Assembly: GCA_963668025.2 (NCBI GenBank)
Contig: CAXXTH010000003.1
Location: forward strand, 122,894 to 186,893
DNA length: 64,000 nt
DNA from: Candidatus Hydrogenedentota bacterium
GTDB lineage: Bacteria > Hydrogenedentota > Hydrogenedentia > Hydrogenedentales > SLHB01
Reading direction: 5' to 3'
Positions 1 through 10,294 of this stretch are shown here, one piece after another. Within the stretch, counting starts at the first letter, position 1. The number at the start of each line of letters is the position of its first letter. The notes under the pieces were generated by a model that was not told the origin of the DNA, did no database searches, and worked only from the letters and a program-made list of their open reading frames with translations. Made by a program: the position numbers and the translations under genes.

Positions 1-2406
1 AATACTCCTATGACATCGTTGAAGCGATTGAGGTCATCGGCGGCACCAATATCCAGTTTGCCCATGATCCGAAAACGGGCCGGGTGGTCGTGATCGAGAT
101 TAACCCGCGCACCTCGCGCTCGTCGGCGCTGGCCTCGAAAGCGACCGGATTTCCCATTGCCATGATCTCCTCGATGCTCGCGGGCGGCATGACCCTTGAC
201 GAGATCCCCTATTGGCGCGATGGCAATTTAGATAAATATACCCCCTCGGGCGATTACGTGGTGGTCAAGTTCGCCCGGTGGGCTTTCGAGAAATTCCGCG
301 GCGTAGAGGACAAGCTCGGCACGCAAATGCGGGCCGTGGGCGAAGTCATGAGCCTGGGGAAAACATATAAGGAAGCGCTTCAAAAAGCGATCCGCTCCCT
401 TGAAACAGGACGGTACGGCCTGGGCTTTGCGAAGAATTTCCCACGAACTGCCGTTGGAAGAGTTGCTTAAACGCTTATGCATCCCCACCAGCGAACGGCA
501 GTTCTTGATGTACGAATCCCTGCGCAAAGGCGCTACGGTGGACGAGCTGCATGCGCTCACCCACATCAAAGCATGGTTCATCGAGCAAATGCGTGAACTC
601 GTCCAATTGGAAGAAGAACTGCTGGCGTTCAAAGGCCGGGAGATACCGGACGCCCTCCTTGCCCGAGCCAAAAAGGACGGATTCGCGGACAAGTATCTCG
701 CAAAAATCCTGGCCGTCCCAGAGAAAACGATCCGACAACAACGGACAGCGGCGGGCGTAGTCGAGGCATGGGACGCGGTTCCGGTCAGCGGCGTCGAGAA
801 CGCGGCCTATTATTACTCCACCTATAACGCCCCGGATAAGGTGGCGGTAAGCAATAAGAAAAAAATCATGGTTCTTGGCGGAGGCCCCAACCGCATCGGC
901 CAAGGCATCGAGTTCGACTACTGCTGCGTGCATGCGGCGTTCACGTTGCGTGATAGCGGCTATGAGTCCATCATGATCAACTGCAATCCCGAGACGGTCT
1001 CCACGGACTATGACACATCGGATAAACTCTATTTTGAGCCGTTGACCGTCGAGGATGTCCTCAGCATCTATGAGAAAGAACGGCCCGAGGGCGTCATCGT
1101 TCAGTTTGGCGGCCAAACGCCGCTTAATTTGGCCCGGGAACTGGCGGATGCGGGCGTTCCCATTCTAGGCACCACGCCCGAGACCATTGATCTAGCGGAA
1201 GACCGGGACCGTTTCCGGCAGATCATGCAGCGCCTGGGCATTCCACAACCTGAATCCGGCATGGCCAGTGCGCTCGATGAGGCCCTTGCTATTGCGGCGA
1301 GAATCGGCTATCCCCTCATGGTGCGCCCTTCCTACGTCCTTGGAGGACGCGGCATGGAGGTCGTTCATGACGAGGAAATGCTGCGGCATTACGTGGCGGC
1401 GGCGGTCGAGATCTCGCCGGAACGCCCCATCCTGATTGACAAGTTCCTCGATAACGCCATCGAGGTCGAGGCGGACGCGATTTCGGATGGCGAAGACGCG
1501 TTCGTCCCGGCGATTATGGAGCACATCGAGCTGGCGGGGGTGCATTCCGGGGATTCGGCTTGCGTCATTCCCCCCATTAGCATTGCGCCAAAACACATCG
1601 ACACCATCACCGAATACACCCGGCGCATCGCCATGGAATTGGGCGTCGTGGGGCTCATGAACATCCAGTACGCCATTGCGAGCGACACGGTCTACGTGCT
1701 TGAAGCCAATCCACGGGCCTCGCGCACGGTGCCGCTGGTGTCCAAGGTATGCGGCATTTCGATGGCCCGGCTCGCCACGGAAGTGATGCTCGGTAAAAAG
1801 ATCCGGGAAATGAATCTAAAGCACGCGCCCATTCCCCACTACGGCGTCAAGGAGGCCGTTTTCCCCTTCAACATGTTCCCGGAAGTCGATCCGGTTCTCG
1901 GACCGGAAATGCGCTCCACGGGCGAGGTGCTAGGAATGGCCGAGTCGTTTGGGCTGGCGTTCTACAAGGCCCAAGAGGCCACCGGGCTTTGCCTGCCGCT
2001 CGAGGGTACGGTGCTGATTACCGTGGCGGACCCCGATAAACCTCGTATTATCGAAGTCGCAAGGCAGTTTCGTGAACAAGGGTTCACGATTTGCGCCACC
2101 AAAGGCACGCATGATTTCTTGGCTGGACACGGTATCGAGACCAAGCCCATCAAGAAACTGCACGAAGGCCGCCCCAATATCGTCGATGCCATCAATAATG
2201 GCGAAATACATCTGGTGGTAAACACGCCGGGCGGAAAACTGAGCACCTCGGATGATTCCTATATACGAAAAACAGCCATAAAGTACCGAATCCCCTATGT
2301 GACCACTGCCGCTGGCGCACTGGCCGCCGCTAGGGGCATATCTTCCCGAAAAGAAAAGAGCAGCGTGGTGCGTTCTCTCCAAGAGTACATTAAAGCGATG
2401 AAATAA
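1..2406 (+). CDS. carB: Carbamoyl-phosphate synthase large subunit (5' part outside window; +1 frameshift at ~440-442)
   Basis: The frame from base 3 reads ...[26 protein letters not shown]...GLGFAKNF. The ORF 400-2406 continues HELPLEELL...[57 protein letters not shown] and ends in an MGS-like domain. Confidence 0.96.
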
Positions 2407-2494
2407 CCCGGAGATGATGTCCGATTCGCAAATGAGCTAGTGTTCTCGATCCGTCGAATCAGACCAATATGCGCGCCCGGGATTTGTAAGGTGT

Positions 2495-2525
2495 TGGCGA
2501 GGCCGTTTTTTACACGGCCTCGCCA
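2495..2525. terminator. Hairpin between convergent genes, probable bidirectional terminator
   Basis: TGGCGAGGCCGT-loop-ACGGCCTCGCCA is a perfect 12-bp stem between carB and the convergent ORF. Confidence 0.6.
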
Positions 2526-2590
2526 GCGCTTCCCATCATGGTGATTTGAGGTTTAGGCCTGGCTGTTGAAACAGAATGCCTTAATCATCT

Positions 2591-3346
2591 TCACCTAGCC
2601 GCGAGTGTCTCCAGCGCTTCGAGGGCCTTCAAGAACGTCTTGTCAGCGGGCCATTTCGAATCCACCGCAACCATTTCGACATGGCCATCCATATACACCA
2701 CATTCACCCCTTCTGCATGATGCCCTAGCTTTTCACACATGAGAGGGATTTGGGCTTCGGCAATCTTGATTCCATCGGTGGAAATAGGCAAGCGTTCCAC
2801 CACATTTTGTGCAAATGGCAGAAACACATTCCCGCCGCCGCTCCCTTTTCCCTCCGGTGCAGGCAGTTCTCCGCTTAGCCATTCATTAGCCGCCAGACGT
2901 TGTATGCATGTCTTAATGAATGCCTGGCCTTCCTCCGCATTCAAAAGCACATAGCCCAGGTAGAAATAACTATTCCTATCGCGGACATACTTTGGATTCC
3001 GGAAAAAATCATCGGGCAGGGAAAACTTGTATACTTGGTCTTGCGGACAAACAAGTATGGTTAAGTCATTGATATAATCTGGGTATGTCTGGTCGAAGTT
3101 GAATGTGAAACACCCAGGAGTGGGCGTCATCGAGGGATACTCGCCGTTATGCTCGCCCGCATACATCGTGAAAAGAATGGGCATTTGCTTGAGATTGATT
3201 CTACATAAAGGGCCATGGCCATTGGTGTGTGATCGATAAAATGGATGCATCAAATATGCGGCTATCACCAACAAGACAATACAATAAAGGACTATGCGGA
3301 TCCGCAATGCCATTTTTGATCTGCTATCAGCCGTAGCTTCATTCAT
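2591..3346 (-). CDS. DUF1559-like / H-X9-DG domain pilin-like membrane-anchored protein
   Basis: N-terminal TM segment, CRINLKQM..FTMYAGEHNGEYP helix motif, CPQD, SYFYLGY and C-terminal HHAEGVNVVYMDGHVE (H-X9-DG). Confidence 0.75.
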   Translation of the reverse strand: MNEATADSRSKMALRIRIVLYCIVLLVIAAYLMHPFYRSHTNGHGPLCRINLKQMPILFTMYAGEHNGEYPSMTPTPGCFTFNFDQTYPDYINDLTILVCPQDQVYKFSLPDDFFRNPKYVRDRNSYFYLGYVLLNAEEGQAFIKTCIQRLAANEWLSGELPAPEGKGSGGGNVFLPFAQNVVERLPISTDGIKIAEAQIPLMCEKLGHHAEGVNVVYMDGHVEMVAVDSKWPADKTFLKALEALETLAAR

Positions 3347-3503
3347 ACTCAGGCTCCTCCCGAATGTTTGAAGCCGTGAGAAAACGCATACAGGCGCTTC
3401 ACGCGGCCCGGTTGCTTCACCTCAATAGTATAATTGACGCAAACTTATAATAGAGAAGAGGATGTAAAAACACAACCATAATGCCCGCTAGTCGTCGAGC
3501 TAT

Positions 3504-3555
3504 GTAGCATGGCCGTCCCGGCCATGCGCATGGGCGGGACGCCCATGCCACGGGA
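3504..3555. repeat. REP-like palindromic doublet, family B (GTRGCATGG..CCATG)
   Basis: GTAGCATGGCCGTCCCGGCCATG-CG-CATGGGCGGGACGCCCATGCCAC. Related copies lie at 21832, 22961, 27759, 52605 and 54345. Confidence 0.8.
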
Positions 3556-3892
3556 TCTCACCAAATAAATGAAATGGATAATGACTGCACCGTGGAATGA
3601 ATGAGCGTGAATATATGTGCTATTTGTGTGCATACTTGTGCAAACATCCCATTTATCCGGCGAAGGTTGGAGCCTTGCAATGGCGGTGCACTTGGCGTTA
3701 GTGTAATAAACGAAGCGAGGATTTTTATCTTGTGCTCCGCTTGGCGGCGTTTCCCGCGTTTTACCGGCATATGGCAGGGCGCGCGTGCGCATGTTCTTGG
3801 TATACTTCAAGATATCTTTTGCGGCGTTGCATCCTATGCCGCACAAGAACGGGTGTTTTTACGGTTTAGGCCAAATGGCGTGGAGGTGAACA

Positions 3893-4831
3893 ATGGCGGT
3901 GATGATTCCTGGTGCGGTGGCGTATTTTGAAGGCAAATATATCCCCACGGAAGAAGCGAAGGTCAGTATCATGACCCATTCCTTCAACTACGGGACAGGC
4001 CTATTCGAAGGCATTCGCGGGTATTATGCGCCCGAAGAAGATACGGTATTGATCTTCCGTTTGAAAGAACACGTGGACCGCATGGTGCGCAATTTCAACA
4101 TCATGTGTATGGAGATCCCCGAGGACCGGGCGGCCATCGAGCAGATTTGCATCGAAGTGGTGCGGCGCAGCGGATTCCATGAAGGCGTCTATATCCGTCC
4201 CATCTGCTATAAGAATGAGCTGTCGCTCGGCCCGAAGCTTAAAGGCGTGGAAAGCAGTCTGTGCTGTTATGTCATCAAGCTGGGCGAGTATTGCGATATC
4301 GAGACGGGGCTCGACGTGGCGGTTTCCTCGTGGCGGCGCTCATCCGACAATGCGATTCCGAGCCGTGTCAAATCGGTGGGAAGCTATGTCAATTCGGCGC
4401 TGGCGGCGACGGAAGCCCGGCAAGCCGGTTTCGATGAAGCCATTTTCCTGCGCCAAGACGGCTCCGTGGCGGAAGGCAGCGCCATGAACTTCTTTATCAT
4501 CCAAGATGGCAAACTGATTACAACCCAGACGAGCGCTGACATTCTTGTGGGCATTACGCGAAACACCGTCATCGAGCTTGCCCAGAAAGAATTGGGCTTG
4601 GAAGTAGAAGAACGCCCCATTGGCCGCACCGAACTCTATGTGTGCGACGAAGCCTTTTTCAGCGGTACGGGGGCCCAAGTCGCGCCGGTGCGTTCCATTG
4701 ACCGCCGTATGATTGGCGACGGCAAGCCAGGGCCCATCTCGAAGCAATTGCAAAGCCTGTATTTTGATGTGGTCATGGGCAAAGTAGCGAAATACCGCCA
4801 TTGGTGTACATCCGTGCCATTAAGCAAATAA
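3893..4831 (+). CDS. ilvE: Branched-chain amino acid aminotransferase (PLP fold IV)
   Basis: HSFNYGTGLFEGIRGY, FRLKEHVDR, catalytic Lys in RVKSVGSY, EGSAMN, LVGITR, DEAFFSGTGAQVAP. Confidence 0.93.
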   Translation: MAVMIPGAVAYFEGKYIPTEEAKVSIMTHSFNYGTGLFEGIRGYYAPEEDTVLIFRLKEHVDRMVRNFNIMCMEIPEDRAAIEQICIEVVRRSGFHEGVYIRPICYKNELSLGPKLKGVESSLCCYVIKLGEYCDIETGLDVAVSSWRRSSDNAIPSRVKSVGSYVNSALAATEARQAGFDEAIFLRQDGSVAEGSAMNFFIIQDGKLITTQTSADILVGITRNTVIELAQKELGLEVEERPIGRTELYVCDEAFFSGTGAQVAPVRSIDRRMIGDGKPGPISKQLQSLYFDVVMGKVAKYRHWCTSVPLSK

Positions 4832-4855
4832 TCTCCACCACGGGAGGAGCAGGCC

Positions 4856-5038
4856 ATGAGCAATAAAGGATGTGCGAAGTGTTCCATGCGTGTGCGATAC
4901 GACCGCAATCCCGCGTCCATCCTGGGAAGATTGTGGAAATGGCACATAGGCTGGTGTCCCAGATGGAAAAGCTATCTAAAATCGCTTCCCGATGAGGAGC
5001 GCCGGGCGCTCGAAGAGCAATACGGCAGGCGGCTGTAA
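4856..5038 (+). CDS. Small Cys/Trp-rich hypothetical protein (60 aa)
   Basis: GGAGGAG RBS upstream; CxxC and WKWHxxWCPxW motifs; followed by a terminator. Confidence 0.7.
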   Translation: MSNKGCAKCSMRVRYDRNPASILGRLWKWHIGWCPRWKSYLKSLPDEERRALEEQYGRRL

Positions 5039-5047
5039 CCGGGAGTC

Positions 5048-5095
5048 AGAGGGGTTTTGGCGCAATCATATGCCCAAAGCCCCTCTTTTTCTTTT
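5048..5095 (+). terminator. Rho-independent terminator
   Basis: AGAGGGGTTTTGG...CCAAAGCCCCTCT stem followed by TTTTCTTTT. Confidence 0.7.
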
Positions 5096-5546
5096 GCCGG
5101 GCATGTTTTTTATCCAAAATGTAACACAGCGCCAAGGCGCTTCCACCTATTTAAGTGGAAGATGCGCTCTTAAATCATTGCCACATATAGGGATAGGTTT
5201 GCCATGCTCCTATGCCAAATACACCTATCCGGTTTCACGGCCTATGCGCCAGTCTCTCCGCCTGCTCTGCACTCCAAATCCGATTCCGAATTTATACATG
5301 ATACATCAAACAAAATGGGATTGAATGGGGTCTAAAGCAACGGGGAAAACGATTATAGGGAACCAGTAGGGCGTTTGAGCGTATAATGCATGTGGACAGG
5401 GAGGCCCATCGAGAAAAGAATTTTTTGGAATTCAGCGACATAGAAGCATACAACTATTGCATGGAGGTGCAAAATGCGGTAGGATGTATACATAATAAAT
5501 GTGCTATTGAGAGCATGGTGGCGGCGTTCCGAGAGGAGTGGTGCGC

Positions 5547-6767
5547 ATGACAGATGCAAATCCTGCTAATAGGGGCAATGGCTCGGCTGTAGTGTGTCCT
5601 AGTTGCCATATGGAGTCCAGCAAATGGGATCGAACATGCCGCTTTTGCGGCGAAGAGTTGCACAGCATTACGGAGAATTCGCAGGATCAAGAAGCTTCAA
5701 CTGAACGGGAATATAATTCCGACGGTTTTACCGCGCCCATATCGCCAGATCGGGAGCCGGACAAGCTGCGGCTGTGTCCAAGCTGCCGAATGCAGATCAG
5801 CATTCTTGCTGTAAAATGCCGGTATTGCGGCGAAGAAGTGGGCCGTCCCCGTGCGGAACAGCGCAGCCTGACCATTCGTGATCTTGGGGGCGAGACCGTG
5901 ATGCATGTGGCTCCCTCCAAAAGCGTGATCGATGCGCTACAGGCGTTCCGGGAAGAAGAGCATGCTACGCAACTGGAACGCAACACGCCAGCGATCAAGC
6001 GGAAAAAAGACAATCGTACGCCGCCAGCCCATCCTGGCGCTACAGCGCAGCTAGATGCCTCCCATGCCTCACTGGCGTCTATTGCCATGGAATCCAAGCC
6101 CTTCGCCTATGTTCAGGAATCGGGCGGCCCGTCAGGCTGGTTCGAGCGTTTGCGCCTACCCCTCTATATAACGGCTGGCGTCCTCGCCCTATGCCTGGCA
6201 GGATTTGGCCTTTTTTGGTATTTGGGCCGTCCGGCTCCCGAAATGGGCGTGCCAGAGAACCTTGCCAAAAGCATGCTAAGCCAGGGCGTGGCCATCGTCG
6301 AAACCTTGAAAGTGGCTGAACAATACCATAGGCGGTATCCCTCCGATGAGAGTTTGGCTGTGTTAGGTCAAGCACGCGACCGTTTGCGGGCGGAAGTGGA
6401 CCGCCTGATCAATGCGGACCCATTTAAGATGGAATGCCTTCGGGAAGCCTCCGCACTGGCCAGCGACGCCCAGCGCATTGATCCCAGTACGGGTACGGTA
6501 GCGCTGGTGGATGAAGTAGCGCGTGAAGTGCGCGCATATTGCGTCATGCTGGTGGATGTCGATACCAAAGACCCGCCTGCCGCCCAGGTTCGTGTAACCA
6601 ACACGGACCGTACCGTGAGCGAAATCAAGGTGAAGGCCGGCGAGACTTTTTATGACAACCGCTTCAAGGTGGAAGCTGTCTCCACAAATAGCATTTATGT
6701 GGTGGATTCGATGCGCAATAACCGCCGGTTACGTATTACACGCACCGCCGGGATGATTCCCATGTAA
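5547..6767 (+). CDS. Double zinc-ribbon, single-TM membrane protein of unknown function
   Basis: CPSC-X10-CRFCG and CPSC-X10-CRYCG; TM LPLYITAGVLALCLAGFGLFWYL; GAGGAG RBS before ATG 5547. Confidence 0.75.
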   Translation: MTDANPANRGNGSAVVCPSCHMESSKWDRTCRFCGEELHSITENSQDQEASTEREYNSDGFTAPISPDREPDKLRLCPSCRMQISILAVKCRYCGEEVGRPRAEQRSLTIRDLGGETVMHVAPSKSVIDALQAFREEEHATQLERNTPAIKRKKDNRTPPAHPGATAQLDASHASLASIAMESKPFAYVQESGGPSGWFERLRLPLYITAGVLALCLAGFGLFWYLGRPAPEMGVPENLAKSMLSQGVAIVETLKVAEQYHRRYPSDESLAVLGQARDRLRAEVDRLINADPFKMECLREASALASDAQRIDPSTGTVALVDEVAREVRAYCVMLVDVDTKDPPAAQVRVTNTDRTVSEIKVKAGETFYDNRFKVEAVSTNSIYVVDSMRNNRRLRITRTAGMIPM

Positions 6768-6775
6768 TACGGCCA

Positions 6776-6808
6776 GCGCCAGAAGCCTGCAAACAAGGCT
6801 TCTGGCGC
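6776..6808. terminator. Bidirectional terminator hairpin
   Basis: GCGCCAGAAGCCT-loop-AGGCTTCTGGCGC is a 13-bp perfect stem between convergent genes. Confidence 0.65.
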
Positions 6809-6833
6809 CAGGCATATCATGCAGAGCTGCTAT

Positions 6834-7622
6834 TCACCAGTGGTATTCCTGCCACTCCGGTTCGTTGTCGAAAATCCACTGGTAGTACTCTTTATTTTCG
6901 AGGAGGGCGCCAGCGGATTCGTCCACGATAACGGTGCATTTAGGGTGAAGCTGAAGGGCGGAGGCCGAGATCATGGATGTGACAGGCCCTTCCACCGCCT
7001 TGGCGATGACCGCCGCCTTGCTTTTGCCCGTGGCGAGGAGCAAACACCGCTTGCATTCCAGGATAGTGCCTACGCCCATGGTCAGCGCGCGGCGGGGCAT
7101 TTTGTTTACACCGCCGAAAAACGGCGCATTTTGCTCGAGCGTCTCGGGGCTGAGGGCTTTTGGGCGTGTGCGCGACAGCATGGCGGACAACGGTTCATTG
7201 AAGCCAATATGCCCGGTCTTCCCGATGCCAAGCAGTTGGAGATCAATCCCATTGCATGCATGAATCTCCGTCTCATATGCGGCGCATGCCGCATCCAGAT
7301 CGGGGGCCATTCCATCAGGCAAGTGCGTGTTGCGCGGATCAATATTCACCTGCGAGAACAAATGCTTGTTCATATAGAATCGGTAGGAATTGGGATCTTC
7401 CACTGGAATCCCGATGTATTCATCCAAATTGAACGTCCGGGCAAGGGAAAAATCGAGCCCGTCATCCTCGTGAAACTCGACCAATCGCTTATAGACAGCC
7501 TCCATGGTGCGGCCTGTGGCCAAGCCTAATACCAAACCAGGCTTTTCTTGGAGTGCGTGTGCGATAAGCCCTGCGGTGAGTGCGACTGCGTCTTCTTTTG
7601 TAGGCCGGACAATGACTTCCAT
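6834..7622 (-). CDS. nagB: Glucosamine-6-phosphate deaminase
   Basis: VLGLATGRT, TFNLDEYIG, GIDLQLLGIGKTGHIGFNEP, ALTMGVGTI, SALQLHP. Confidence 0.95.
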   Translation of the reverse strand: MEVIVRPTKEDAVALTAGLIAHALQEKPGLVLGLATGRTMEAVYKRLVEFHEDDGLDFSLARTFNLDEYIGIPVEDPNSYRFYMNKHLFSQVNIDPRNTHLPDGMAPDLDAACAAYETEIHACNGIDLQLLGIGKTGHIGFNEPLSAMLSRTRPKALSPETLEQNAPFFGGVNKMPRRALTMGVGTILECKRCLLLATGKSKAAVIAKAVEGPVTSMISASALQLHPKCTVIVDESAGALLENKEYYQWIFDNEPEWQEYHW

Positions 7623-7671
7623 GAATGGCTCCTAATTCGCTTCAAATGGCGTTCTATTCACAATACGGACA

Positions 7672-9942
7672 TCAAATATGCTTCCATGAGCGCACATCAT
7701 AACGTGAACTCAAGAAACCTCCTGTTTTTACTGCGGCCGGGCCAGCGTCTTTATCATAAGTGAGCGTGATGCGGTTCATGTGGCCCTGCTCGAAATCGAA
7801 AGACACTCCATCGTCCTCGTATAAGGTAAAGGGCGTGCATGCTGCTCCAAAAGTAAGCACCTCAAGCTGGAACACCGTATCTTCTCCAACCCATTCGACA
7901 GGCTCCGCCAGCGGGACAATGCTTCCCTCACGCACGAATATGGGTATCGTATCGAGTGGCGCGGCGATCAAGTGGCGCTGGCCGCCTGCGATCGGCTGGC
8001 GAGTCCAAAAATCATACCAAACGCCCGCAGGCAAATAAACTTCCCGCTGTGTTTGGCCAGCCGTCATCGGGGCTACGAGCAGCGCATCGCCCATGAGATA
8101 CGCATCGTCGATATTGCGCACTTCCGGGTCATCCGGATAATCCATCACCAAGGCGCGGAACGGCGGCAGGCCCTCGAAACGGTAGCGGGCGAAGGCGGCG
8201 TACAGATAGGGCAGCAGCCGCATGCGCCACTCGAAATAGCGGCGGCAGAGCATGGTGGCCGTTTCCCGATCCGGCATGGCTTCTCCCGCGATGTTCTTTT
8301 CCCGGTTCACTTGGAACCAAGGCGTATTTGGGATGAACCACGCGTTAATCAAGGCTTGAGGCGAGAACACGACAGACTGCACCCGGCGCACAAGGTCTTC
8401 CGAGGAATCGCATGAACGCACTTCCGGCGACCACAGCAGTCCAGAAAATCCGCAATTCACCACGCCGCGAATAAAGTCGCGATGGTCGTATAAATCGCTA
8501 TAAAGCACGAACGGAAATGGCGCGGCGAGGGCGTGTGCGGCGCGCACTTGGCCATACGTGCGTTTGTTGTTTTGCACGAAGGGGCGGTACATGGTGCGGG
8601 TGTATAACGTGCCCAGGAGGGAATGCATCTGCTCGCCATCCAGGCCAGAAGGGAAAATCGTATGCTCGGGAAACGACCACGGCGAGCCGATAAAATCCGA
8701 GTTATCACATTCGTCGAGTTTAAAGCCGCTGATGCCTTTATCTATGAGCGCGGTTTCGTGGTAATCCGCAAAAAGGCTTGCGGCCTTTTTAATCGTGAGA
8801 TCAGGCACTAAGCCCAGCATGCCCGGATAATCGCCGGAGAGAGGTTTGATCTCTTCATAAAAGGGTGCGTCAGGATGGACAAAGACATGCTCCCAAAGAT
8901 TGAGTTTATATCCCAGCGTTTTCATATCGGCTATAAACGCATCTGGTGTTGGGAAGTGTTCCGAATTCCACAAGTACGTGCAAGGATAACTATGGGTATG
9001 CCATCCGGGCTCCAAGCCAAACACATCGCACGGAATATGCTCGCGGCGCAACTCACCCGCCAGCCGCAGGGCCTCTTTATCAGAGAATTTGCCTTCGCCC
9101 CGGTACCATACGCCAAGCCCCCATAACGGTGGAAAGCATCCGCCGCCGCTAAACAGATTGTAACGCTGCACGGCGGCCTTAAGGGTAGGCCCTGCAAAGA
9201 CATATACATCAACGCCCTTCGCCACGGGCACTTCGATCATCATATCGCGGTTGCGCCGTTGATCCGCATCCGATTGGTATAACGTGGAGGCCGAAGCGTC
9301 CGGCGCAAAGGTCTTGCCTGCGGCCAATTCCGCCGCGATGCCGCTGGCGAGGGGATGGCTGCCCGCGTAGAACGTCACATACCGCGCCGTATCTACATAG
9401 ACGCCATACCCTTTCGTCGAGACATAAAACGGCGTGGGGGCATGGGAATCCCCGGTATCGGCCACGGGGTCCGAGTTCACGCGCAAGGTCTTTTTCTTGC
9501 CCGTTTGCCGGAATGACTTGAGCTGGAGGCCGAAGCCATATAGGTCTTCATCGCGGCCCAATGGCAATTCGATGACACAACCGCGCGCGGTGGAGCGATA
9601 CAACACCTCCTCGATAGAGAAAGGCGGCTCTATCGTATCGCCGAGTTCATGCAAGGCGCCGTCCAATGGCTTGAACTCCCGATACTCCAATGGAGTAGCC
9701 GTTTCCGGCTCTCCACAACGGATTTTCCAGACGCCAGGGGCAATTCGCTTCATGCAGGGGCTCTCCTGATTTTTAGAACACATGGTATCCTTCTGAATAG
9801 CTGATCCGCCAGCGTCATCACAACGCGTTTCACGAGTGCCGGCCTCTTTCGCGCTGGCCAGGCAAACCGGATCTGCCGCCGCCGCCATTCCACAGAGCAT
9901 GCCCAGCAGTAAAACTCCGCCACGTCGCATGTGCATGATCAT
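7672..9942 (-). CDS. Secreted glycoside hydrolase family 31
   Basis: Signal peptide; YGFGLQ, PFYVSTKGYG, PPLWGLG, nucleophile motif GFKLDECD, RMRLLPYLY, YLMGDALLVAP, LYEDDG. Confidence 0.88.
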   Translation of the reverse strand: MIMHMRRGGVLLLGMLCGMAAAADPVCLASAKEAGTRETRCDDAGGSAIQKDTMCSKNQESPCMKRIAPGVWKIRCGEPETATPLEYREFKPLDGALHELGDTIEPPFSIEEVLYRSTARGCVIELPLGRDEDLYGFGLQLKSFRQTGKKKTLRVNSDPVADTGDSHAPTPFYVSTKGYGVYVDTARYVTFYAGSHPLASGIAAELAAGKTFAPDASASTLYQSDADQRRNRDMMIEVPVAKGVDVYVFAGPTLKAAVQRYNLFSGGGCFPPLWGLGVWYRGEGKFSDKEALRLAGELRREHIPCDVFGLEPGWHTHSYPCTYLWNSEHFPTPDAFIADMKTLGYKLNLWEHVFVHPDAPFYEEIKPLSGDYPGMLGLVPDLTIKKAASLFADYHETALIDKGISGFKLDECDNSDFIGSPWSFPEHTIFPSGLDGEQMHSLLGTLYTRTMYRPFVQNNKRTYGQVRAAHALAAPFPFVLYSDLYDHRDFIRGVVNCGFSGLLWSPEVRSCDSSEDLVRRVQSVVFSPQALINAWFIPNTPWFQVNREKNIAGEAMPDRETATMLCRRYFEWRMRLLPYLYAAFARYRFEGLPPFRALVMDYPDDPEVRNIDDAYLMGDALLVAPMTAGQTQREVYLPAGVWYDFWTRQPIAGGQRHLIAAPLDTIPIFVREGSIVPLAEPVEWVGEDTVFQLEVLTFGAACTPFTLYEDDGVSFDFEQGHMNRITLTYDKDAGPAAVKTGGFLSSRYDVRSWKHI

Positions 9943-10294
9943 TCTCCCATGATGTATCTGCTTTTTTCGTTAAAACAGCGGCTCCATGACTTGCGGGAAA
10001 TATGTATAAACCGTATATCTTTCCCATGGCGTGCGTTCAAGTAAACGCACGAAAAAGCTTCCAAATCTAGGATGCTATATTATACTCGCCGCCCAGGCCT
10101 TATTATAGAGCGGATTTCGTTTGAAGGCCCGTTTTCGGCTCTATGGCGATGTAGATTCACATGAGGCGCATTTTTTGAATTTCCCTTTTGTAGATGCGTT
10201 CCGCCGTTCGGGCTATATTGCGTGTCTTGCGGCACGAAATAGTATACTGAATCCATTACGGAATAGTGTTGCTAAATTGTAAGGAAAGATCAGG

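Noticed and set aside
430-450. Programmed ribosomal frameshifting in carB
   Set aside because: No recognised slippery site with a stimulator; a second similar indel at 62955 points to sequence error.
3445-3930. Overlapping ORFs upstream of ilvE
   Set aside because: Intergenic promoter and REP region; no coding signal. No T-box or ppGpp riboswitch motif was recognised.
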